A stretch of 64,000 nucleotides of DNA from an uncultured Gammaproteobacteria bacterium (lineage in GTDB: Bacteria; Pseudomonadota; Gammaproteobacteria; Steroidobacterales; JBCCMA01): contig CAZXCL010000011.1 in NCBI GenBank assembly GCA_964639265.1, positions 9,362-73,361 on the forward strand, written 5' to 3'. The translations under genes were made by a program, and so were the position numbers. Each line of letters begins with the position of its first letter. Position 1 is the first letter of the stretch. Positions 29,255-37,941 of the stretch are shown here, piece by piece. The notes beneath the pieces are model-generated. The model had not been told where the DNA came from and searched no databases. It worked only from the letters and a program-made list of their open reading frames with translations.

Positions 29255-29950
29255 ATGATTAACAAAACCATTTTCGTTCTTGCCGCCCTTTTTGCCGGCT
29301 TGACCATCACATCCAGCGCGCACGCGGAACGCCCTGCACTACTGCAGACCGCACTGAACCCACCCGAACCGATGCCCACCTACCGTCACACCGTGTTCAT
29401 AAAGGAAGACGACTTCGAGGGCACGGCGCGCATCGATCCAACCCAGCCTGCCGGTCAGCGCGTGGCGCTGATCAACGCCACGCTGGCGGCAGACGACCCC
29501 GAGCTGGCAGTGCTTTTGGCTGAAGCCGATGCAGACCCCATGGACGGCTTTTGGTGCCACGAAATGGCCGAACTGGTTCCAGAGCAGGTGACCGAGGTTC
29601 GGCGCAGCGAGCAGACGATCACCTACGGTTTTGCGCCGACGCCAGGCCCGGATTCGGATGAGGACGATGTGAAGTTTATGAAAAATCTGACCGGCGAAAT
29701 TCGTATCGACGAAGCCACACAAACCATCGCCTCCGTTCGTTTGTTCGCAAAGCGTCCGTTCCGCGTTTCGATGGCCGTCAAGATTAAGGCCTTTGACATG
29801 CAGGCCACCTGCGACGCGCTGCCCACAGGAGGCAGCCGTCTGGTGGAATCCACCACTCGAATCCAGGCGCGCGCGCTGTTCCGACGCCTCGAACAGCTGG
29901 AGATCAAACGCGTCAGTGACGTCGAGTTGGCTAGCTTCGAAGGAGAATGA
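29255..29950 (+). CDS. hypothetical secreted protein
   Basis: Signal peptide MINKTIFVLAALFAGLTITSSAHA. No recognisable domain. Confidence 0.5.
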   Translation: MINKTIFVLAALFAGLTITSSAHAERPALLQTALNPPEPMPTYRHTVFIKEDDFEGTARIDPTQPAGQRVALINATLAADDPELAVLLAEADADPMDGFWCHEMAELVPEQVTEVRRSEQTITYGFAPTPGPDSDEDDVKFMKNLTGEIRIDEATQTIASVRLFAKRPFRVSMAVKIKAFDMQATCDALPTGGSRLVESTTRIQARALFRRLEQLEIKRVSDVELASFEGE

Positions 29951-30006
29951 TCGAGCTTTCAATACGCTCAATCCGTGCGATCTCCTACTCGTTGCGCGAT
30001 ACCGCA

Positions 30007-31200
30007 TTACGCGTGGCGCGATTGTGATCTCGACACCAGCATCTGACCAATTTCGCTTATGGAGGGTTCCTTGCCATACATCAACATGGCGACTTTCAGG
30101 ATGCGCTGTGCCACCCACCGCATCAACGCAATCGCCAGAACCATGATCGCGGCGCTGAGCAACACCTGCCATAACGGCACGCTGCCCAGCGCCAGGCGCA
30201 TCGGCATGAACGCCGTGCTGGTCACTGGCACGATGGACAAAGCAACGACACCTGGCGCATCGGGCACATCCGTGGCCGCGAACGGCAGCATCATGAATAC
30301 GGCCGGCAGCATCAAAAATCCGCTCCGCGTCGAGCTGTTTGGATCGCTGATGGTGGATGCCACAGCCGCCAGAAACGTGCTCCAGAACGTCATGGCCAAC
30401 GCACAAAAACCGAAGGCCATAATCATGGATCCGGCATTAACAGGCCCAAAGTCCGTCGGTGTGTCTGACAGCGCCTGCACTACCACCAAAATACCCGTCA
30501 GCAGCAAACCCGTCGTGACGATGGACTTGAGACTCAACGCCGTCAATCCGATCAGTTTGCCATCAAGCCACCGGGTCGCACCAACTGCCGAAAGCAGCTG
30601 TTCGCCAAGACGATTTTGCTTCTCCGCAGTAATGGATACGAAGAAATAACCAAACGCCGTGAACACGCCGATCAATGGCAGAAAAACCGCGGCGAGCCCC
30701 AACAGCTTCTGCAACTTGCCAGGCTCAGGAGAGGCGCTCTGGTGGCGCGTTATCTGCGTTGACGCAGGTGCGGTAATGGCCGAAAACTCCTCGGCGGTTA
30801 GCACGGATTGATCTAACCGGGCGGCCAGCGTCTGTCTCGACGCAGCGACTTCAAACTCTGCCTGCCAGGACGGGGCTTGCATAACTGTGAGCGCCATCGC
30901 CCCTGTCTCACGGTCCCAGACGGCGACGCCATCAATCTGCTCACTTGCCAAGGCGTCCATAGCATCGTCGATGCCAGCGTCGCGCGGCCACTGCACGACG
31001 CTAATGGGCAATGCATCAAACGCATCGGGAAGTGGCACGTCGCCGACAATAGCCAGCGTTTGGCTATGCGTGCCACGCACCCATTCCATCAGCGGCTTGC
31101 CAAGATAGCCCACTGTCAGTAACCCCACTGTAATCAACAGTGTGATGAGTTCAGAGCGCCATTTGAAAAAACGAAAAAACTCCCATCGAGCAATGGTCAT
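30007..31200 (-). CDS. ABC-2 type transporter permease
   Basis: N-terminal TM then large extracytoplasmic loop and 5 C-terminal TM helices. Start MTIARWEFF at 31200, 12 nt from the upstream ATPase stop. Confidence 0.7.
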   Translation of the reverse strand: MTIARWEFFRFFKWRSELITLLITVGLLTVGYLGKPLMEWVRGTHSQTLAIVGDVPLPDAFDALPISVVQWPRDAGIDDAMDALASEQIDGVAVWDRETGAMALTVMQAPSWQAEFEVAASRQTLAARLDQSVLTAEEFSAITAPASTQITRHQSASPEPGKLQKLLGLAAVFLPLIGVFTAFGYFFVSITAEKQNRLGEQLLSAVGATRWLDGKLIGLTALSLKSIVTTGLLLTGILVVVQALSDTPTDFGPVNAGSMIMAFGFCALAMTFWSTFLAAVASTISDPNSSTRSGFLMLPAVFMMLPFAATDVPDAPGVVALSIVPVTSTAFMPMRLALGSVPLWQVLLSAAIMVLAIALMRWVAQRILKVAMLMYGKEPSISEIGQMLVSRSQSRHA

Positions 31201-31211
31201 CGTGACGCTGC

Positions 31212-32120
31212 TCACTCTGATGTGCCTCCGGCCATTTTCAGATAAATCTCGTGCAGACTCGGCTGTCGGGCACTGATTGAGACAAGCTCGCCGACCCCGT
31301 TTAACCAACCAATCGCTTCATTCAGACTTAGATCCGTCGACGGGCTCAAGCTCATTTTTTCACCTTCGACCTCAACATGCCCGGGTGGCGGGCTCATGGC
31401 GGCCAGATCCACCGGCGTTGTGAATCGTGCCTCAATGTGCGCACCACAGCCGGACTGTGCGCTTATCTGGTCAAAGTCACCAGCGGCAACGCACTGGCCA
31501 TTGGCCATCAACACGATATGATCGGCAAGACGCTGCACCAGATCCATCTGATGCGCGCTGAAAACAATAGCCATGCCCTCGTCGCGAAGCTCGGTAAGAA
31601 ATCTGAGCATGCGTTCCTGGTTGAGTGGATCGAAACCCGAAAACGGTTCGTCGATAATCGCAATACGCGGCGTGTGTACAATAGCCGAGATGAACTGAAC
31701 CTTCTGCTGATTGCCCTTGGACAACGTTTGTACCAGGTCGTCGCGCCGATCCCAAAGCTCAAACCGCTCCAGCCAGCGCTGCGCCGACGCCGCGGCGGCG
31801 GACGCGCTCAGTCCGCGAATCTGGCCAAAGTACACCAGGCCGTCAAGCACCGTTCGATCAATGTATAGGCCCCGCTCTTCGGGCAAATACCCGACCTCGC
31901 GCGGTGGCAGCTCGCTCCGCCGCTGCCCCTTGGCATCGGTGTACTCAATCGTGCCGCCGTCGCTTGGCGTAAGCCCCACGAGCATTCTCAGGGTAGTGGT
32001 TTTCCCGGCGCCATTGGGTCCTAGAAGCGCCAGCATCTGACCGCTCCCGACGTTCAAGGAAAGAGATTTTACGGCCGCGATGTTGCCGAAGGATTTTTGC
32101 AGGTCTTGGGCCGAGAGCAT
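31212..32120 (-). CDS. ABC transporter ATP-binding protein
   Basis: Walker A GPNGAGKTT, ABC signature LSKGNQQKV, Walker B IAIIDEP. Confidence 0.9.
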   Translation of the reverse strand: MLSAQDLQKSFGNIAAVKSLSLNVGSGQMLALLGPNGAGKTTTLRMLVGLTPSDGGTIEYTDAKGQRRSELPPREVGYLPEERGLYIDRTVLDGLVYFGQIRGLSASAAAASAQRWLERFELWDRRDDLVQTLSKGNQQKVQFISAIVHTPRIAIIDEPFSGFDPLNQERMLRFLTELRDEGMAIVFSAHQMDLVQRLADHIVLMANGQCVAAGDFDQISAQSGCGAHIEARFTTPVDLAAMSPPPGHVEVEGEKMSLSPSTDLSLNEAIGWLNGVGELVSISARQPSLHEIYLKMAGGTSE

Positions 32121-32288
32121 GATCTGGTCATTCCGTGATGCACCGTGTCGCGCTAAGTTACCACACGCATATCGAGTCGACGCCCGATAGCGGATACTTC
32201 ATCCAAGGAAAATTGCCATGCACCTGCTCTTTATGATCTGATTGTCGCTTTATAACCGCACTCAATAATCAGAAAAAGCAGAGGAACC

Positions 32289-33671
32289 ATGGCAGCCCGG
32301 GGCAATTTTAATTCTCGTATGGGATTCATCCTGGCTGCGGCCGGGTCGGCCGTCGGTCTGGGCAACATCTGGAAGTTCCCGTTTGAAGTGGGCGGCGGCG
32401 GCGGCGCGGCCTTCGTGCTGGTCTACCTCGCGTTCTGTTTCATTCTTTGCTACCCGGTGCTGGTGACCGAAATCGCGATCGGGCGCAAGACGCAGCGCAA
32501 TCCGGTCGGCGCCTTCAAGGCGCTTGGCTTCAAGAAGTGGTCGATCATTGGCTACATGGGCATCGCCAGCGGCGTTCTGATTCTCTCCTTCTATAACGTG
32601 GTGGCCGCCTGGTCGTTTGGCTATGTGATTGAGATGCTGCAGGCCAACTTCGGCATTGGGGCACAGTTTGGTGACTATATTACCGACTGGATCAAGGTCG
32701 GCATGTACGGCGTCATCTTTATGTCCGCGACGGCCTTTATCGTCTCCAACGGCATCTCCGGTGGCATCGAGCGTGCGGCCAAGCTACTCATGCCCACATT
32801 GATCATCATTATTCTCGGGCTTCTGGCCTACGCGCTGACACTGCCAAACGCGATGGCCGGCGTGAAATTTTATCTGGTGCCCGATTTTTCCAAGCTCACG
32901 CCCAACGTTATCTATTCGGCACTCGGTCAGGCGTTCTTCAGCTTGTCGCTTGGCATGGGCGCACTGATAACTTACGGCAGCTACGTACCCAAGGATCAGA
33001 ACATCGTTAGCGCCGGCGCGATGATCACGCTCATGGATGTGGGTCTTGCGTTTATCGCTGGCTTCATGATGTTTCCGTTTGTGTTTAGCCAGGGCATTGA
33101 ACCGGCGGGTGGTGCCGGTCTGATCTTTGTGACCCTGCCCGGCATTTTTGAATCCCTCGGACCGCAAATTGGCGTCATCGTTGGCGTGCTGTTTTTCATG
33201 CTGCTGTCGTTTGCCGCGCTCACCTCAACGGTGTCGCTGCTCGAGGTACCAACATCATTTGTGGTCGACGAATATGGCGTCAAACGCAAAAAGGCCGTTT
33301 GGGGGATCGCCGCGCTTATTTTCCTGATCGGTATCCCTTCGATGCTCTCCAACGGTTCGGTATCGTGGCTGACCCAGTTTGTAACGCTGCCCGGGCACGA
33401 TGCGCCGATCAGCTTTATGGATCTGGTGGAAGATTTGGCGTCCGACTCGTTCCTGCCGGTCGGCGGCTTCCTGATTAGCGTGTTCGCCGCCTACGTCTGG
33501 CGCAAGGAAAACCTCAACGAGGAACTGGCCCACGGTGATGAAGATGTGCGCGGCTCATGGCTGCAGGCCTACATCAACTTTGCCATTAGCTACGTGTGCC
33601 CGCTGATTCTTGGCATCATCGCCACGGTCACCATCCTCGATCGCTTCTTCGGGGTTTCGCTGCTGGGCTAG
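32289..33671 (+). CDS. sodium-dependent transporter, neurotransmitter:sodium symporter (SNF/NSS) family
   Basis: N-terminal GFILAAAGSAVGLGNIWKFP NSS signature and 11-12 TM helices. Confidence 0.9.
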   Translation: MAARGNFNSRMGFILAAAGSAVGLGNIWKFPFEVGGGGGAAFVLVYLAFCFILCYPVLVTEIAIGRKTQRNPVGAFKALGFKKWSIIGYMGIASGVLILSFYNVVAAWSFGYVIEMLQANFGIGAQFGDYITDWIKVGMYGVIFMSATAFIVSNGISGGIERAAKLLMPTLIIIILGLLAYALTLPNAMAGVKFYLVPDFSKLTPNVIYSALGQAFFSLSLGMGALITYGSYVPKDQNIVSAGAMITLMDVGLAFIAGFMMFPFVFSQGIEPAGGAGLIFVTLPGIFESLGPQIGVIVGVLFFMLLSFAALTSTVSLLEVPTSFVVDEYGVKRKKAVWGIAALIFLIGIPSMLSNGSVSWLTQFVTLPGHDAPISFMDLVEDLASDSFLPVGGFLISVFAAYVWRKENLNEELAHGDEDVRGSWLQAYINFAISYVCPLILGIIATVTILDRFFGVSLLG

Positions 33672-33699
33672 CGCGTCCATGCACACACTGCGATTCGCC

Positions 33700-35442
33700 A
33701 TGAAAACGCTCCGGACCATTTTGCTTTGCGCGATGGGCGTGCTTGCTGGTTGCAGTCAGAAGCAAACGCCTTCTGTTCCAATCGTTGCCGATCTGCTCCT
33801 GATCAACGGCGACGTCGCCACGGTCGATCCGGCGCTCCCAAGCGCTCAGGCCATAGCCATCAAGGAAGACCGCATTCTGGCCGTCGGCGCGTCCGAGGCG
33901 ATGAGCGCGCACCGCGGCGACACGACCGTGGTGATCGATCTCGAGGGGCAAATGGTTATCCCCGGTTTTATCGAGGGCCACGGTCATTACACGAGCTTTG
34001 GCGAATCGCTGATGACGCTCGACTTTCGCTATGCCAGCAGCTTTGCCGATATCGTTGCGATGGTCGAAGCAGCAGCGACCGAGACGCCCAACGGCGAGTG
34101 GATCATCGGCAGGGGTTGGCATCAGGACAAATGGCAACGCAAGGAAAGCGTGCAGGTTCAGGGCCTGCCCGTGCACGACAGTTTAAGCGCTGTCACCCCC
34201 GATCACCCGGTCATGCTGATCCACACCAGCGGACACGGCGTGTTTGTGAACGAACGGGCCATGCAGCTGGTTGGACTTGACGACAGCACGGAGCCACCGC
34301 CGGGAGGTGAAATTGTTCGCGATAGCGAGGGCAGGGCCACGGGCATGATGCGCGAGGCCGCGCAAGATGTGTTTCGTATCGCCTACTCGGGGCATCAGGG
34401 GCGGCGGCCTGCGGGCGTGGCCGAAGCGGAGCTGCGACGCATGGTCAAGCTGGCTGGGGAAGAGTCTCTGCGCCACGGCATTACCTCGTTTCAGGATCTG
34501 GGAACGACATTTGCCGAAGTGGATCTGCTCAAGGTTATGGCGGACGAAGGCAATCTGCCGGTGCGTTTGTATATGGCCTTTGAGGAACAGGCTGCGGATA
34601 TGGCGGGCCGTCTGGACGACTACCGGATGATCGGCTATGCCAACCATTTCCTGACGGTACGCACCATCGGCGAGAAGGTACTCGACGGGGCGCTTGGCAC
34701 GCACGGGGGCTGGTTACTCGAGCCGTACTTTGACATGCCGGACAGCGTTGGACTGAACGTCGTCCCGGTGGCGGAAATCGAGGCCTCAGCCAAACTCGCT
34801 ATGAAGCACGACTATCAGATGGCCATACAGGGCATCGGCGATCGCGCCTATCGCGAACTGCTCGATATCTATGCGGCGGAGTTCGCGCTGCATCCCGACA
34901 AGACAGATTTGCGCTGGCGTATTGAGCACGCACAGGTCATTCATCCTGACGATGTTGCACGGACCGTCGAATTAGGTGTCATTCCAGCGGTGCAGGGTAT
35001 TTTTGCCTGTTCGGATGGACCCTGGGTCGAGGAGCGGTTGGGCGAGAAGCGCACCTTCGAGCGCGGCTACATTTTTAACACCCTGGCCGATGCGGGACTT
35101 GTGCCCACCAACGGTACCGATCCACCGGTCGATGAAATCAGCCCGATTGCCAGCTTTCACTGTTCGGTCACGCGTCAGTTGCCCGACGGCTCGCTGTTTC
35201 AACCCCAGGAGACCTACTCAAGGGAGCGAGCGCTTTACTCGTACACCATGGGCAACGCGATTGCCGCGTTTGAAGAAGACATCAAGGGCTCAATCACGCC
35301 GGGTAAGCTTGCGGATATTGCGGTGTTGTCGCAGAACCTGTTGACCGTCACCGACGACGCTCTGGCCGACACTGAGGTGGTGATGACAATACTTGGGGGC
35401 GAGATACGCTACCGAGACGGACAGATTGTAGAACAGCCGTAA
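33700..35442 (+). CDS. amidohydrolase family (Amidohydro_3-like) metal-dependent hydrolase, lipoprotein
   Basis: Lipobox MKTLRTILLCAMGVLAGCS. GFIEGHGH metal-binding His cluster near the N-terminus and HTSGHG. Length about 580 aa. Confidence 0.8.
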   Translation: MKTLRTILLCAMGVLAGCSQKQTPSVPIVADLLLINGDVATVDPALPSAQAIAIKEDRILAVGASEAMSAHRGDTTVVIDLEGQMVIPGFIEGHGHYTSFGESLMTLDFRYASSFADIVAMVEAAATETPNGEWIIGRGWHQDKWQRKESVQVQGLPVHDSLSAVTPDHPVMLIHTSGHGVFVNERAMQLVGLDDSTEPPPGGEIVRDSEGRATGMMREAAQDVFRIAYSGHQGRRPAGVAEAELRRMVKLAGEESLRHGITSFQDLGTTFAEVDLLKVMADEGNLPVRLYMAFEEQAADMAGRLDDYRMIGYANHFLTVRTIGEKVLDGALGTHGGWLLEPYFDMPDSVGLNVVPVAEIEASAKLAMKHDYQMAIQGIGDRAYRELLDIYAAEFALHPDKTDLRWRIEHAQVIHPDDVARTVELGVIPAVQGIFACSDGPWVEERLGEKRTFERGYIFNTLADAGLVPTNGTDPPVDEISPIASFHCSVTRQLPDGSLFQPQETYSRERALYSYTMGNAIAAFEEDIKGSITPGKLADIAVLSQNLLTVTDDALADTEVVMTILGGEIRYRDGQIVEQP

Positions 35443-35463
35443 GCGCGCAAGCTTTACTCTAAT

Positions 35464-36768
35464 TTATCTGAACAGGTCGAGACGCATGGCCCGTCCAATG
35501 CGTTGAACGTGCTCGTCCTGAACCTGTGCCGTGGCCGCAAAATCTTCCCAGTGCGTTACGACGCCCAAAATCTCCAGGACAATTGCTCGCAAACGGCGCT
35601 TCTTGAGTCCGCTGAGTTTGCCGAAAGCAACCAGGTCGTCGGTATCGAAGCCGTCGCGTTTGCCGTTGAGACTCATTTGATGCTCCGAGGTCCACGCGCC
35701 GTCAGGGTTATAGCTATAGGCGAGGTCAAATGCCGGTGACAGTCGCCATTCGCCCTCTTGATCCATGACAAAACCGATGTTTTTGACGTGATCGTCCTGG
35801 TTGCGCGCAACAACATTGAACAAGGCGCGACGTACCTGCTGCTCAACATCCTCAACGGGCAGTCCGAGGCGCCTGATCACCTGCACGGCCTGCTCGTAAG
35901 AATAGGCGCCAGCCATATTGAAGTCATAATGAGCCAGTGCACACAGCGATTGATAGTGAAGCTTGTGACCGGCATTCGTGCGATCAAAACGTTTGGTCAT
36001 GAAGTGCGCGCGCCCGCCCTCCTCATGCAGTCGACACGGCATCATGATGATGCCGGCCTTTTGTGCCATCAGAGAATAGGCGTACTCGATTCGACCAAAG
36101 CCCAGCGGGTCGGCAAGCTCCTTGTCCCGATTTTCGTCAACGCCGTCAAACTTGATGAGCCAGTGTTCAAACCCTTCACGCGTTTTGATCTGACCGGATC
36201 GAAACTCACCGGTTTGCGGATTCCACGCCAGGACCGCCTTGGCACGAGCGCCACCGGCGGACGTACCAACGCGCAGGATGTCTTCGATGTCACGTGCATC
36301 ATCGTCACCGGATAAATGGCCAACCAGAGCGTTGCGACTGTTCAGTATCCGATTGGACAAGCCCACAAGACGCTCTACCTTGACGTTGCGCGCAGTGGTC
36401 GGCGCGTCGTTGATGGCCGGCTGATACTCGAGCGCCCCCATACCGCGTGTGCCGGTGTAACACAGTCGCTCCACGGGATTGAAACTTTCCTGGGTTCGAC
36501 CCTCAGCGGCAAGCCAGACATCGATCAGTGCATTGCCAAATTTGTCCGGCAGACTATCGGCCAACATACCCGGAAGACCCTTGAACGTCTCTTTGTTCAG
36601 TGCTGAAAATGCGTAGGGCGAATCCCGTAAAGGCATTTTCAGAGGGGAGACTTCAATACCGCTCATGGCAAAATCAGGGGTGTACTGAAAGCTCCCGAGC
36701 TGGCGATCGGTATCCCACGACACCGCACCGATGCGTCTACCCCAAAGTTCGACGCTGGCCGTGGTCAT
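35464..36768 (-). CDS. hipA: type II toxin-antitoxin system HipA family toxin (Ser/Thr kinase)
   Basis: HipA N-terminal domain plus catalytic NQDDHVKNIGF (D-x-H-x-K-N) motif. Start overlaps the hipB stop (ATGA). Confidence 0.85.
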   Translation of the reverse strand: MTTASVELWGRRIGAVSWDTDRQLGSFQYTPDFAMSGIEVSPLKMPLRDSPYAFSALNKETFKGLPGMLADSLPDKFGNALIDVWLAAEGRTQESFNPVERLCYTGTRGMGALEYQPAINDAPTTARNVKVERLVGLSNRILNSRNALVGHLSGDDDARDIEDILRVGTSAGGARAKAVLAWNPQTGEFRSGQIKTREGFEHWLIKFDGVDENRDKELADPLGFGRIEYAYSLMAQKAGIIMMPCRLHEEGGRAHFMTKRFDRTNAGHKLHYQSLCALAHYDFNMAGAYSYEQAVQVIRRLGLPVEDVEQQVRRALFNVVARNQDDHVKNIGFVMDQEGEWRLSPAFDLAYSYNPDGAWTSEHQMSLNGKRDGFDTDDLVAFGKLSGLKKRRLRAIVLEILGVVTHWEDFAATAQVQDEHVQRIGRAMRLDLFR

Positions 36769-37130
36769 GATGAATCCTGGTCATCGTCCCATGTCCATTT
36801 TTTTCGATCTTTTTTGCGCGGACGCGCGCGTTGGCGTTTTGGCTGATCGCGGTTCTCAAGCTGCTGGAGCGGGGTCAATCCCGGATCAGGCAACAGCGCT
36901 GCCAGGTTGTCGCTTAACTGAAGAGCTTTCAGGATGCGAATGAAGCTGTCCAGAGAGATGCCTTTTTCGGGCTGGGCCAGCCGCGTGATGGTACTGCGCG
37001 AGACACCGGCCTCACGCGCCAGCTGATGTTGAGTGATATTGCGCTGAAGCCGAATCTCTTCAATGCGCTGGCCGATGGCTGCCTCGATCATTTCACTGGA
37101 GGCCAGGCCAAAATCAATGCTATGCGTCAT
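36765..37130 (-). CDS. hipB: HipB-like XRE-family HTH antitoxin/transcriptional regulator
   Basis: HTH QHQLAREAGVSRSTITRLAQ. Basic C-terminal tail. Positioned immediately upstream of and overlapping hipA. Confidence 0.8.
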   Translation of the reverse strand: MTHSIDFGLASSEMIEAAIGQRIEEIRLQRNITQHQLAREAGVSRSTITRLAQPEKGISLDSFIRILKALQLSDNLAALLPDPGLTPLQQLENRDQPKRQRARPRKKDRKKWTWDDDQDSS

Positions 37131-37349
37131 TATTCACGCTTTAAATGGATAAAGAGAACATAAAGGATTATATATGACGCGTTAAAAGTTTCCCAGCTTA
37201 CTAAATTTTTAATGCCGCATATTTCATACGTAAAGACGAATAAGCGCAAATAACGCATCAATTACGATATATTAAACATACAAGTGTCTTGAACAGTCCT
37301 GGTCATTTTGCGCCCACTGCGGGTCACCAGGCCGTCAAGGACAACAACC
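37131..37349. other. AT-rich intergenic region (about 35% GC versus about 60% elsewhere) upstream of hipBA, contains TATATAAT box
   Basis: Base composition read directly. Probable hipBA promoter region and a possible island boundary. Confidence 0.5.
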
Positions 37350-37890
37350 TCAAGAGGCTTCCGGCCATGGCACCATCGGCTTCATCAAGCTAATGACCAA
37401 TGCCTGGTACCACTTGAGGCTCCCCACGTAAGCGGTAGAGATCATGACGACCGTGGTCACGCACGATGCAATAATCATCGGATGGTGCAGCTTGCCAATG
37501 CGGTAGCCGACAAACAGGATCACCAGCACGAAGATCGGAATCGACACCATGATTGCAGATGTCGTGGACATCTCAATGCCGAAGGCAAATGCCGGGAACA
37601 TGCTGAGTCGAAGCCAGGCCGCGTGCTCATCGGGTTGCCTCGATCGCCTGATGGCCATGAACACAGACGCCGCAAAGCCAACCATTGCCAGCGTCTCTGT
37701 AAAGGTCAGACCGTAAAAGAACTCCGCCGGGAAGACGGGCGGAAATCCGCCGGTTAGTCAGAAAATACAGCGGCGTGAACGCAACCAGTATCACGAGCAT
37801 CGGGATCAGCAGCCACTTGTGCGCGCTGTAGTAGAGTTTGAGCGTTTCGTTGGTGGTGGGACTCCCTGCGCTTGCCCGCTGACTGTTCAT
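37350..37890 (-). pseudogene. small polytopic membrane protein gene interrupted by a single-base frameshift near 37747-37757 (genuine pseudogene or sequencing error)
   Basis: Two overlapping minus-strand ORFs in different frames (37627-37890 and 37350-37685). Removing one C or G in aaccggcgg restores one about 180-aa hydrophobic protein (…PLYFLTN|GGFPPVFPAEFFYGLTF…). Confidence 0.45.
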
Positions 37891-37941
37891 TCCGCTACAT
37901 CAGAGTCACTCCCTTAAGCGCAGCAGACCAAAGACAGTCTG

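Noticed and set aside
29339-30406. 355-aa ORF on the minus strand
   Set aside because: Antisense to the secreted-protein gene and the ABC permease gene. His/Arg-rich junk translation.
37141-37200. HipB operator palindromes (TATCC-N8-GGATA type) in the AT-rich region
   Set aside because: GGATA/ATCC fragments are present but do not form the expected inverted-repeat pairs. Left as unresolved rather than called.
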